A stretch of DNA of 64,000 nt from Sodaliphilus sp. Lineage in GTDB: Bacteria > Bacteroidota > Bacteroidia > Bacteroidales > Muribaculaceae. Positions 27,732 to 37,037 of the stretch are shown here, one piece after another (the first letter of the stretch is position 1; the number at the start of each line of letters is the position of its first letter). A program made the position numbers and the translations under genes. The stretch covers positions 4,796 to 68,795 of the forward strand of contig JBGYAB010000022.1 of NCBI GenBank assembly GCA_041815985.1. Reading direction: 5' to 3'. The notes under the pieces are model-generated. The model was not told where the DNA came from. It was given only the letters and a program-made list of their open reading frames with translations, and searched no databases.

Positions 27732-28655
27732 ATGGAAGCTACAAAACCAAATGCTCCTCAGCAACCTAACGCACAGGCTAAACCTGAAGTTAAAAAAGCT
27801 GACTTTAAAAAGGCTGACACCAAAACTGTTAGCAGCAATGTAAAGGGTATTAAGAATGCGATCTGGGTAATCATCCTTTGCTTCATCCTTGCAGAACTTT
27901 TCTATCTTTTCGTTCTCGGACAGGGCGCAAACTTCAAGTTCAGCGATGCTCAGAACTATTTCATTCACTGGGTTAAGCCGGACGCTGTAGTGAGCACACC
28001 ACAAAACCTTCCCGGTACCATGTACATGGGTGGTTTCGTTGTACCTTTCATTCTCACTTGCTTGTTCACAGTAATTGTTCTTTCGGTAGAACGCTTCATC
28101 GCTCTCGGCAAGGCAGCCGGCAAAGGTAGCCAAACCAAGTTTGTTGCTAACGTGAAGAAAGCCCTCAACAACAAGAACGTTGCCGAAGCCGAAGAACTTT
28201 GCCGCAAGCAACAAGGCACCGTAGGCGCAATTGTTTACTCAACTCTTCAAAAATACAAAGAAATGGAGAGCTCAAACTTGCCAAAAGAGCAAAAGCTCGG
28301 CATCATTCAACAGCAACTCGAAGAAGCCACTGCTCTTGAAATGCCTTCTTTGCAACAAAATCTCCCCATCTGTGCTACGCTCACAACACTGGGTACGCTG
28401 CTCGGTCTGTTCGGTACAGTAATCGGTATGATTCGCTCTTTCTCTGCTCTTTCTCAATCGGGTGCTCCCGACTCTACTGCACTTTCAACCGGTATTTCTG
28501 AGGCTCTTGTGAACACAGCCTCCGGTATTGCTACCGCTTCTCTCGCTCTTATTTCTTATAACTACTTCACAAACAAGATCGATAACCTCACCTACGCCGT
28601 TGATGAGCTTGGTTTCGCTATCGTGAATGCTTATGCTGCTAATCACGAGAAATAA
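27732..28655 (+). CDS. exbB: MotA/TolQ/ExbB proton-channel family protein
   Basis: 307 aa. C-terminal LGTLLGLFGTVIGMIRSF ... GISEALVNTASGIA core of ExbB/TolQ, with a long N-terminal extension. Confidence 0.9.
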   Translation: MEATKPNAPQQPNAQAKPEVKKADFKKADTKTVSSNVKGIKNAIWVIILCFILAELFYLFVLGQGANFKFSDAQNYFIHWVKPDAVVSTPQNLPGTMYMGGFVVPFILTCLFTVIVLSVERFIALGKAAGKGSQTKFVANVKKALNNKNVAEAEELCRKQQGTVGAIVYSTLQKYKEMESSNLPKEQKLGIIQQQLEEATALEMPSLQQNLPICATLTTLGTLLGLFGTVIGMIRSFSALSQSGAPDSTALSTGISEALVNTASGIATASLALISYNYFTNKIDNLTYAVDELGFAIVNAYAANHEK

Positions 28656-28707
28656 TCAGTTATTTCTATAGATTTTCAGTTTATTAATTATATAAGAAAT
28701 AAAATCA

Positions 28708-29385
28708 ATGGGAAAAGTTAAAGTAAAGAAAAAAGACACGCGCATCGACATGACTGCGATGAGCGACGTTACCGTTCTTCTGCTGATCTTCTTCTTGTTG
28801 ACTTCAACCTTCCTTCAGAAGGAACCTGTTACCGTTATCACTCCTCAGTCGGTTTCTGAGGAAAAAGTGCCCGACTCAAAGCTTATGACTATCTTGATTA
28901 GCCCCAAAGGTCAAGTTTACATGGAGCTGTTTGGTACTGTCGACACAACAGTGATGTCTTCTGAAAACCTGCGAAAGAATGTTCTCGGCATCATGTGTCA
29001 AAAACACAATGTGCAATTGACGCAAAAAGAAGCCGAAGAATTTTCAAAAACCGTTGCCTTTGGCGTGCCGATGAACAAGCTGAAAGAATGGCTTGCACTC
29101 GATGCCGACGAACGCGACAAAGCATTGAAGGAGGGACCGGGCATACCCATCGCATACACTGAGTATCAAGGCAAGAAAACTGAATTCCAAGAATGGGTTC
29201 AGGCCGTCAGTGAAGTGATGGAAAGCGTTGGTGAAGCCAATGATATCAGAGACGGTAAAGGTATTGCAGTAAAGGCCGACGCCTCTACGCCATACCGCTT
29301 GGTCGAATTAGTGATGAACAACTTGCAATCTATCAACCGTAATAAGTTTACGTTGATGACTGCATTAAAGAAGGAAGGAGAATAA
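28708..29385 (+). CDS. exbD: ExbD/TolR family biopolymer transport protein (long form)
   Basis: 225 aa. N-terminal IDMTAMSDVTVLLLIFFLLT ExbD anchor and C-terminal DASTPYRLVELVMNNL. Confidence 0.8.
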   Translation: MGKVKVKKKDTRIDMTAMSDVTVLLLIFFLLTSTFLQKEPVTVITPQSVSEEKVPDSKLMTILISPKGQVYMELFGTVDTTVMSSENLRKNVLGIMCQKHNVQLTQKEAEEFSKTVAFGVPMNKLKEWLALDADERDKALKEGPGIPIAYTEYQGKKTEFQEWVQAVSEVMESVGEANDIRDGKGIAVKADASTPYRLVELVMNNLQSINRNKFTLMTALKKEGE

Positions 29386-29389
29386 TACA

Positions 29390-30097
29390 ATGTCAAAGGA
29401 TTTAAGTCGTCAGAAAAAATTCGATACCCGAATCGACTTTACACCTATGGTCGACATGAACATGCTTCTCATTACTTTCTTCATGTTGTGTACCACTATG
29501 TTGAAGTCACAGACTTTGAAAATTGCACTTCCCACCAACAGTGACGATAGTAAGATTGAGAAAAATCAAAACCAAGCTGCCGAATCTCAAGCTATCACCA
29601 TCATCATCGATGGAAAGGAAGTTGAAAACCCCAACGGAAACGTTTCCAGTCCTATGGACGCTAAGTTCTACTACTATGAAGGTCAATTGAACCTGCAAGA
29701 CCCCAACTCTTTCAAAGAGGCAAAAGGCATCTCGCTTGCCGACAGCAAAGACATGGGATATTTGCGTTCAATTCTTCAAGACAAGAACAAGGAAGCTTTG
29801 AAGCTTATTGCTGCCGAAAAGGTAAAATGGCAAAATCATGAGTACAGCAAGATTGAGGCCGCCAACGACTCTCTCTATCAGTTGGCAACCGCCCAAATTC
29901 GTTCTCGCAACGACTTGCACCCACCCATTGTCATGATCAAGCCTTCAGGTCGCGCAAGCTACAGTGATGTTGTTGCTATCCTCGATGAAATGCAGATTAA
30001 TAACATTAGTCGCTTCCAAATTGAGACGCTTAGCAAAGACGATTCTACCGCTTTAAGGAGCAAAGGCGTTAATTTGCCTCCTGTTCCCAAGAAGTGA
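29390..30097 (+). CDS. exbD: ExbD/TolR family biopolymer transport protein (second paralogue, long form)
   Basis: 235 aa. IDFTPMVDMNMLLITFFML anchor and C-terminal SGRASYSDVVAILDEM. Confidence 0.8.
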   Translation: MSKDLSRQKKFDTRIDFTPMVDMNMLLITFFMLCTTMLKSQTLKIALPTNSDDSKIEKNQNQAAESQAITIIIDGKEVENPNGNVSSPMDAKFYYYEGQLNLQDPNSFKEAKGISLADSKDMGYLRSILQDKNKEALKLIAAEKVKWQNHEYSKIEAANDSLYQLATAQIRSRNDLHPPIVMIKPSGRASYSDVVAILDEMQINNISRFQIETLSKDDSTALRSKGVNLPPVPKK

Positions 30098-30145
30098 TTT
30101 TGGTGTCAGATTTAAATATGTTGAATTTTAAAAATTAAGATTATC

Positions 30146-31021
30146 ATGTCAAATGAAGTAGATCTTTCATCAAAAGAATGGTGTGACCTTATTTTTGAAG
30201 GTAAGAATAAAGATTTCGGTGCTTATGTCTTGCGTCAAACCTCTACGCAACGCCATAACAAAGCCGTTCTCTATACAATTATTGGTTTCATTGCGGTAGT
30301 TCTCTTGGCTTATGCTTGGAATACCTATCAGGCATGGGAAGCCGAGCGTGAAGCCGCCAACAATGTAGAGCAAGAAACAACTGCAATCGACTTTGGAGCT
30401 TCGGAAGAGGAATCGGAAGAAGAACAAGAGATGATTGAACAAAAGGAGGAAACTCCTGAACCCGAAGTTGAAGAAGTTGCTCAACAGGCTGTAACGGAAT
30501 TGAAGATTGTGCCCGACGACAAGGTAACAACTCCTCCTCCAACAGTCGATGAAATCAAGGAAAATGAAGCTGCAATTGGTACGCAAAACATCGAAGGAGC
30601 TATTGGTGGTCTTAATACGCCTCCTCCAACAGCAGCCCCCGTTGCAAAGGTTGAAACAACCATTGCAATTAAACCGGTTGAAGAAAAGAAGGAAGAAAAA
30701 AATGAAGTCTTCACTTCGGTTGAGCAAATGCCTCAATTCCCCGGTGGCGAAGCTGCACTGTTGAAGTACATCGCTTCTCACTTGCAATATCCGGCTATGG
30801 CTGCCGAGCAAGGTATCGAAGGTCGCTGCGTTGTGCAATTCGTTGTAACCAAGAATGGCTCTGTAGGCGAAGTAAAAGTTGCTCGCTCATTAAGCCCCGA
30901 TTGCGATGCCGAGGCAAAACGCGTGTGCAAGGGCTTGCCTAAGTTCACTCCCGGCCGTCAAAACGGTCAAGCGGTGAATGTGTGGTACACCTTGCCCATC
31001 ACCTTCAAGTTGCAGAAGTAA
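30146..31021 (+). CDS. tonB: energy transducer TonB
   Basis: 291 aa. TM anchor, a Glu/Pro-rich spacer, and a C-terminal TonB domain MPQFPGGEAALLKYIASHLQYPAMAAEQGIEGRCVVQFVV. Confidence 0.85.
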   Translation: MSNEVDLSSKEWCDLIFEGKNKDFGAYVLRQTSTQRHNKAVLYTIIGFIAVVLLAYAWNTYQAWEAEREAANNVEQETTAIDFGASEEESEEEQEMIEQKEETPEPEVEEVAQQAVTELKIVPDDKVTTPPPTVDEIKENEAAIGTQNIEGAIGGLNTPPPTAAPVAKVETTIAIKPVEEKKEEKNEVFTSVEQMPQFPGGEAALLKYIASHLQYPAMAAEQGIEGRCVVQFVVTKNGSVGEVKVARSLSPDCDAEAKRVCKGLPKFTPGRQNGQAVNVWYTLPITFKLQK

Positions 31022-31066
31022 TATTAATCTCTTGCATAAATTCCCTTAGAGGGATTTATCATAACA

Positions 31067-31112
31067 ATAAGTCGCAGGTCTTTTTAAGGCTTGCGACTTA
31101 TGTTGTTTTTTT
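31067..31112 (+). terminator. rho-independent terminator after tonB
   Basis: 10-bp stem ataagtcgca/tgcgacttat (31067-31076 and 31092-31101) followed by gttgttttttt. Confidence 0.7.
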
Positions 31113-31175
31113 GCCAAAGCATGCGTTGTTGCTTCAAATCGACGATTCGGTGATAATCTCTGTCAAAAGAATGAT

Positions 31176-31300
31176 TAATCCCCAATCGGTCATTAGCGTT
31201 TGCACTGATTTTGTTTGAATGTTGAACAAAAACTGTCGGGAAGCAACACGATGAATTGAAAAATGTAACCCTTAGCGGTCTAATGACCGATTGGGGGTTA
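31176..31300 (+). mobile_element. MITE-like repeat, copy B (short form, 121 bp plus TA flanks)
   Basis: Left TIR ATCCCCAATCGGTCATTAGCG. The reverse complement of the right end is ACCCCCAATCGGTCATTAGAC. TA on both flanks. Lacks the 77-bp internal module of copy A. Confidence 0.8.
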
Positions 31301-31585
31301 TCGGCATGTTGTGCCAAGCAAATTGAACATAAAAAGCCTAAACTCCTCATGAAAAGATTTTGATGTCTATGTGAAAGAGACAGGAAATCCGTTTATATTC
31401 TTGTGTGCGTGTGTGCGCGATCTTATCTTTGTTAAGATTTTATAATTACATGGGATTTTCAATGATTATTTTGGTAAAAATAATTACCTTTACCAATTAA
31501 AATAACTACTTTTATCCATATTAAAAGCTCGGCGACGATAAACCTTTGTTTTATCTTTTCGTCTAAGTAAGAAAATTACGATTTA

Positions 31586-31882
31586 ATGAACAATAGTGGT
31601 AATGGACTATTTCGGGGAATAAGGGTGTTTTTTGGCATTTTCATGGTGCTGGTTTACTTCGGAATGGCTTATTTGATGGTTATTAATTTTTTCGGTTGGA
31701 GGCAAGCACCTTTCACTTGGTTGCGTTGGTTTTTTGCGTTGGTATTTGGGCTTTATGGCATCTATCGTTGCTACCGTCAGGTGAAAGGCATAGATTACTA
31801 TCGTCTCAACAATGACCGCAAAAGCGAAAAAAGCGACAACCGCATTGATGAACTTATTAAAGAAGAACATAAAGATGAATAA
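31586..31882 (+). CDS. small two-helix membrane protein (unknown function)
   Basis: 98 aa with two hydrophobic helices. Its stop overlaps the start of the PstS-like gene (ATGAATAA). Confidence 0.55.
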   Translation: MNNSGNGLFRGIRVFFGIFMVLVYFGMAYLMVINFFGWRQAPFTWLRWFFALVFGLYGIYRCYRQVKGIDYYRLNNDRKSEKSDNRIDELIKEEHKDE

Positions 31883-32861
31883 GTTTTTTAATATACAGCT
31901 TTGTTTTGTCCTGCTCTTGTCGGTGCTTGCTTCGTGCTCGAAATACAGCGACAGGCCTAATGGGGCTGTTGTTGGCATGGCAAAGGTCTATTGCGATGAA
32001 TCGTTTAAAAACGTGCTTGAACAGGAAATTCAGGTTTTTGAATTTCAGTATCCGCAAGCCTTCATCAAAGATCGATACATGAGCGAATCGGCGGCTCTTG
32101 ATTCTCTCATGAAGGGCAAGGTAGACCTAATTATCACTTCGCGCGACCTCACTCAGCAGCAAAAACACTATCTTGCCACTCACGACCGTGCTTACAGATC
32201 GCGCATGATAGCCGTTGATGCAGTAGCCATTATCGTAAACAAAAACAGCGACATTGACGAACTCTCGATGAGTGAGTTAAAGGACTTGTTCACCGGCAAA
32301 TATCGCAAATGGGGGCAATTGGTGCCCACCAACATGCGCAACGACTCCATTAAGTTGCTTTTCGATGGCAATGCCACCGGGGTTATTCACTATATCAAGG
32401 ATAAATTTTTGGGAGGAAAGGATTTTCCGTTTCAAGTATTTTCGGCACATTCTACCGATGAGGTTTTCAAGACCATCGAGAAAAATCGCAATGCCGTAGG
32501 GTTCATTGGCGTGAGCTGGATTGCCGATGACATGGGAGCCAGTCAAAAAGAAGCCGGTGAACGCTACAAGGAATTGAATCAAGAGCAAAAGGAGGCTTCG
32601 CTCATCGATTTCACCGGTCGGGTGAAAGTGCTCAAAGTGCGACGCAACGACTTGCTCAAAGGTTGCAAGCCCTATCAAGCCTACATCAACGATGGCACCT
32701 ATCCGCTGTTTCGCAAAATTTTTGCAATCGATGCCGCTCCTCTTGGTACAATCGATCATAGTTTTTTCACTTTCCTTACTGGAACGATAGGACAAAAGAT
32801 TATTTTGCAAACGGGCATCATGCCCGGTGCCGAACCTGTGAGAGCGGTAGAGGTAGAATAA
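31875..32861 (+). CDS. PstS-family (PBP-like 2) substrate-binding lipoprotein
   Basis: The track ORF starts at 31812. I prefer the ATG at 31875 (MNKFFNIQLCFVLLLSVLASC lipoprotein signal). DLIITSRDLT and AVDAVAIIVNKNS motifs of phosphate-binding-protein-like domains. Confidence 0.8.
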   Translation: MNKFFNIQLCFVLLLSVLASCSKYSDRPNGAVVGMAKVYCDESFKNVLEQEIQVFEFQYPQAFIKDRYMSESAALDSLMKGKVDLIITSRDLTQQQKHYLATHDRAYRSRMIAVDAVAIIVNKNSDIDELSMSELKDLFTGKYRKWGQLVPTNMRNDSIKLLFDGNATGVIHYIKDKFLGGKDFPFQVFSAHSTDEVFKTIEKNRNAVGFIGVSWIADDMGASQKEAGERYKELNQEQKEASLIDFTGRVKVLKVRRNDLLKGCKPYQAYINDGTYPLFRKIFAIDAAPLGTIDHSFFTFLTGTIGQKIILQTGIMPGAEPVRAVEVE

Positions 32862-32965
32862 ATGCCAACGGCATAGAACTCTTTTTTGCCTCGAATGTTA
32901 GTGATTTGTTACACTCAAACATTGATTATAATATTAAAAATAATAATTTAAATTTTACTGAAAAA

Positions 32966-34597
32966 ATGAAAGCTAAATTCTTAATCGCATCTCTTCTCGT
33001 GGGAGCATCCATCACTGCCTTTGCGCAAGGCTACAAAGATGGTATCGACTTTTACAAGATTGGTGATTACGAGAATGCCAAAACCATTCTTGACCGTAAC
33101 ATTAACACTGCATCTAACAAAGCCGAAGCCTATTACTACTATGGGCAGATTGCTTTCTTAGAGGGCAAACTTGATGAAGCCAAGAAATACTTCGACATGG
33201 GCTTGGCCACCGATGCAAACTATCCGTATAACCTGGTGGGCAATGGTGCGGTGCTCTTGAAGAAAGGTGACAAATCGGGAGCTGAAATGATTTTTAAAGC
33301 TGCACGCAAATTGACGAAAAAAGATGCAAAGCTCGAAATTGCCATTGCAAGAGCATATTTTGCCGCCAATCCCACTGCTAACGACAAAGAAATTCAAAAG
33401 TGCATTAAAAATGCACGCAAATGGGCTCCCAATGATCCGGATGCCTACATCTTTGAGGGCGACATGAGCGAAACTGTTGAAGACTGGGGCAACGCACAAG
33501 GAAAGTATGAAATGGCCATGACATATGACCCTGCCAACATTGAGTCTACCGTCAAATATGCCGACACTTACTATCGTGTTAATCCCGATTTGGCACTCGA
33601 TCGCCTCAAAGGCATTTCGGCCGCTAACCCAAATTCTGCTTTGGTGCAACGTCAGCTTGCCGAGAAACTCTACGACCATGGCGACTTTGCCGAGGCTGCC
33701 ACGACCTACGGTAAGTATATCGGCAATTCGCAAAATCACTTCCCCAAAGATGAAGCACGCTACTCGCAATTGCTCTATTTTGCCAACGAGTTTCAGGCCA
33801 GCTATGATCAGGCTGTTAAATTGAAAAAATCAATCGATTCGAGTAATCCTTACTACATTGTTGCCGATCGACTGTTGCTTTACAGCTTGGCCAATCTTGG
33901 TAAATTTGAAGAAGCTGCCGAAGTGGGACGCGAAATGTTTGGTCTCAAAAATGCGACAAACGCCGAGAACTACAACTACAAAGACTATGTGATGTTTGCC
34001 AAGGTGCTTGAAGAAGCCAAGAAACCCGAAGAGGCTGTTATCTACTACGATAAGGCCATCGAAATGAATCCCGAGAACACTGAGTTGGCTCACAGCCTTG
34101 CAACACAATATCTTGGTGCGAAGAATTTTGACAAAGCCCTTCTTTATGCCAACAAGGTGATTGACGCCGGCAACGCATCGGGTGCCGACTATGCAACGCT
34201 TGCAAGCATATACTATCAAAAAGCTGTTGATTCCAGTGCAACCGAAGCCTCTAAGGCTGCCGATCTTGCCTCTGGTCTTGCCGCTGTGGAAAAAGCTTTG
34301 CAAACCAATCCTTCAAACATGACTTTCTTGTACTACAAGGCCAATCTTCAAGCAGCAGGCGAAACCAAGAACAATGGTGCCGCCCTCAACACAATGAATC
34401 AGCTGATTGCCGAAATCAAGAAACAGGAAGACCAAAAGCCCTACTATGGCACTTTGACCTATGCTTATAGCTATGTGGCACTTTACTACTTTGGACAGAA
34501 GGATTACAGCAAAGCCCTTGAATATTTCCAGGCTTGGCGTGAGATTGAACCCAACAACCAAGGTGTGCTCGACGCAATCAAGCAACTCTCTAAATAA
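32966..34597 (+). CDS. tetratricopeptide repeat (TPR) protein, secreted
   Basis: The track ORF starts at 32906. I prefer the ATG at 32966 (MKAKFLIASLLVGASITAFAQ signal peptide). Repeated A-x-x-Y-Y/F-x-G TPR-like helices throughout. Confidence 0.8.
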   Translation: MKAKFLIASLLVGASITAFAQGYKDGIDFYKIGDYENAKTILDRNINTASNKAEAYYYYGQIAFLEGKLDEAKKYFDMGLATDANYPYNLVGNGAVLLKKGDKSGAEMIFKAARKLTKKDAKLEIAIARAYFAANPTANDKEIQKCIKNARKWAPNDPDAYIFEGDMSETVEDWGNAQGKYEMAMTYDPANIESTVKYADTYYRVNPDLALDRLKGISAANPNSALVQRQLAEKLYDHGDFAEAATTYGKYIGNSQNHFPKDEARYSQLLYFANEFQASYDQAVKLKKSIDSSNPYYIVADRLLLYSLANLGKFEEAAEVGREMFGLKNATNAENYNYKDYVMFAKVLEEAKKPEEAVIYYDKAIEMNPENTELAHSLATQYLGAKNFDKALLYANKVIDAGNASGADYATLASIYYQKAVDSSATEASKAADLASGLAAVEKALQTNPSNMTFLYYKANLQAAGETKNNGAALNTMNQLIAEIKKQEDQKPYYGTLTYAYSYVALYYFGQKDYSKALEYFQAWREIEPNNQGVLDAIKQLSK

Positions 34598-34646
34598 TGA
34601 GAAAAGAATAGACGAGTTCTGTAAAACATGAACTGTCGCTCTTTAA

Positions 34647-34690
34647 ACTCCGGTTTTGTCATCGATTGCAGAACCGGAGTTTTTTCTTTT
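34647..34690 (+). terminator. rho-independent terminator after the TPR gene
   Basis: 9-bp stem actccggtt/aaccggagt (34647-34655 and 34672-34680) followed by tttttctttt. Confidence 0.7.
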
Positions 34691-34758
34691 AACCCAAATG
34701 AGAAGACGATACACCCCCAAAAGCGTAAGTCTTTGCTGTCTAATGATCAATTTGGGGT
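34690..34758 (+). repeat. MITE-like repeat, copy E (decayed mini-copy, ~67 bp)
   Basis: The left end TA-ACCCAAATG and the right end gtctaatgatcaatttggggt match the family termini. The interior is largely lost. Confidence 0.55.
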
Positions 34759-34824
34759 CAATCCTTTGATGTTGGTTTAAAACGATTACATTCGATTTCG
34801 ATTGTGCCATTGAGCCTTTTTACT

Positions 34825-34832
34825 TATTTTTG
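34825..34832 (+). promoter_or_regulatory. candidate -7 promoter box (TATTTTTG)
   Basis: Exact TAnnTTTG 26 nt upstream of the ATG at 34858. Confidence 0.4.
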
Positions 34833-34857
34833 TAGTTGAAAATTTAAAGTCGAGAAT

Positions 34858-36990
34858 ATGAAAAAAATCACATTCCTGTGTGCAGTCTTATTGGGTTTTC
34901 TCCTGATGAATGGGAGCAATGTTCTCTCGCCTGCATCACGCATCTACATGCAACAACTTAAAAGTGGCAAGCTGCACAAAGTCGCTTCGCAATGCACAAC
35001 GCAAACCATCATTGTGGTTGATGGCGACGAAGGACTGAAAGCGTTAAAAGTCGCCGGCATCAATGTAGAAAGTGCTGTTGGCGATGCTGTGATAGCCACG
35101 GTTTCCGACCGTCAATTACAATCAATTGGCGAAATGCCTCACATCAAGTATGTAGACCGTGCGCACCGCATTCATTTGCTCACCGATGCAGCACGCAATC
35201 TCACTCATGTGGAACAAGTGCTCAATGGAACCGGCCTCAGTTCTGCTTATACCGGCAAGGGAGTAGTCGTGGGCATTGTTGACTGTGGATTTGATTTCAG
35301 TCATTTGGCGTTTCGGGCAAGTGATGGCACCACACGCATAAAAGCGGTTTATCTGCCCGATGACATGAATGGAAATTCTCCGGTGATCGATGGCAACACT
35401 TTGCCCGGTTCTGAATACACTGCACCGGAAGATATTCTTGCGCTCACCACCGACAACGGCCGGCAATCGCATGGTAGCCACACGGCAGGAATTGCAGTGG
35501 GGTCTACTGTGGGGAATTATGGCGGAATGGCACCGGAGGCCGACATTGTGCTTTGTGGCATGAGTGATTCTTCTTTGACCGATGCCAATGTAATTAATTC
35601 GACGATGTATGTTGCCAACTATGCCAAGAGCAAGGGCAAGGCTTGTGTAATCAGTTTAAGTCTTGGCAATCACGATGGACCGCATGACGGAACCGGATTG
35701 TCGGCTCGAGCTTTCGATGAAATTTCAAAGCAAAGCAATGCCATTGTGGTGCTTGCTGCCGGGAACGAGGGAAATAATCATATATACATGAACAAAAAGT
35801 TCACCGATGGCGACTTGTTGCTTAGCTCTTGTGTCGATGCCATGAGCTCTAACGGCGATGTACAAGTGGAAGTAGATGCTTGGAGTCGCAACGATGCCCC
35901 GATTGCGGTACAATTTCATGTGGTAGACCGTTCAAGGCACAAGGTGCTTTGCAGCACAGATTTCGTTGCCACCGACACGGTGCTTAATTTTGCCGATGTC
36001 GATGCTTTGAAAGACTATGCAACAGGAACCATTGCGGTGGGCACGGCAAAAAGTACCATAAACAATAGAATGGAATTACTTTTTGATACTGATATAAATC
36101 TCTTGTCTTCTTCCTATATTCTTGGTTTTAGTTATAAAGGAATGCCCGGGCAGGAAATTGATGTTTGGGAAACGTCCGGACAAAACAATTTTGTGTCTTC
36201 ATCGGTCAAAGGCTTTGTGGACGGCAGCAACGAATGTTCTATCAGCGACATGGCCACCGGCGAACGAACGGTTTCGGCAGGAGCCTATGTGTCACGGCAG
36301 TCTTATGAAAATGCCTATGGTTCAACAGTCTCTGTAACTCGTTTGCCCATAGGCTCAATTGCTCCATTTTCCAGCTACGGCAAAGCCCTCAACGGCAAGC
36401 TCTATCCGCTGGTTACTGCCCCGGGAGTGGGAGTGATTTCGGCATTGAATAGTTACGGACCTTACAGCGGTTCGCCTGCCATGACAGCAAACAATCTCGA
36501 GGGACGAAAAAATAGTTGGGGGGCTAAGAATGGAACATCTATGGCAACTCCTTGTGTTGCCGGCATCATTGCACTTTGGTTGCAAGCCAACCCCAAGCTC
36601 GATATTGAAGCCGTGAAGGAAATTATTCGCACAACTTCAATGAAAGATGCCTTTGTCACGAGTGGCGGTATTGAATGGGGAGCAGGAAAAATCGATGCCT
36701 ATGCCGGCTTGCAAAAGGCTCTTACTTCGGGAATTGATGAAAATGCGAGTGATAGCCGTGAAGTTTCTGTTTTCTATGACCGAGAGAGCGATTGTGTCCA
36801 TGTAGCAGGCACAGCTCTTGCAGGTTCTGTTGTTTCGGTTTACAATGTGTATGGACAGCTGATGAGCCGCGTTGGTCTCTCCGGTGAGAGCAATGCTTTT
36901 AGAGTGAATATGCTTGATTATCCGGCAGGACTGTATTTCGTCAAACTCGACACACAACAATATAGTAAAACCGCTAAATTATTTAAATAA
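34858..36990 (+). CDS. S8 family (subtilisin-like) serine peptidase with a T9SS C-terminal sorting domain
   Basis: 710 aa. Signal peptide. Catalytic triad contexts VGIVDCGFD (Asp), HGSHTAGIAVG (His) and GTSMATPCVAGIIAL (Ser). C-terminal VSVYNVYGQLM...GLYFVKLDTQQYSKTAKLFK Por-type tail. Confidence 0.9.
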   Translation: MKKITFLCAVLLGFLLMNGSNVLSPASRIYMQQLKSGKLHKVASQCTTQTIIVVDGDEGLKALKVAGINVESAVGDAVIATVSDRQLQSIGEMPHIKYVDRAHRIHLLTDAARNLTHVEQVLNGTGLSSAYTGKGVVVGIVDCGFDFSHLAFRASDGTTRIKAVYLPDDMNGNSPVIDGNTLPGSEYTAPEDILALTTDNGRQSHGSHTAGIAVGSTVGNYGGMAPEADIVLCGMSDSSLTDANVINSTMYVANYAKSKGKACVISLSLGNHDGPHDGTGLSARAFDEISKQSNAIVVLAAGNEGNNHIYMNKKFTDGDLLLSSCVDAMSSNGDVQVEVDAWSRNDAPIAVQFHVVDRSRHKVLCSTDFVATDTVLNFADVDALKDYATGTIAVGTAKSTINNRMELLFDTDINLLSSSYILGFSYKGMPGQEIDVWETSGQNNFVSSSVKGFVDGSNECSISDMATGERTVSAGAYVSRQSYENAYGSTVSVTRLPIGSIAPFSSYGKALNGKLYPLVTAPGVGVISALNSYGPYSGSPAMTANNLEGRKNSWGAKNGTSMATPCVAGIIALWLQANPKLDIEAVKEIIRTTSMKDAFVTSGGIEWGAGKIDAYAGLQKALTSGIDENASDSREVSVFYDRESDCVHVAGTALAGSVVSVYNVYGQLMSRVGLSGESNAFRVNMLDYPAGLYFVKLDTQQYSKTAKLFK

Positions 36991-37037
36991 AAGGATTTAA
37001 TAAAATTCTGCAACTCTTTTAAAAGACGAAAAAAGCA

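Noticed and set aside
31402-31419. Alternating purine-pyrimidine run tgtgtgcgtgtgtgcgcg with Z-DNA potential.
   Set aside because: It is only 18 nt, occurs once, and I cannot tie any function to it. Noted only.
34795-34812. The 10-nt string gattgtgcca is shared between the S8 protease upstream region (34801-34810) and the DUF349 leader (48011-48020).
   Set aside because: It is short, and its position relative to the -7 box differs (upstream in one case, downstream in the other). Chance identity is the simplest explanation.
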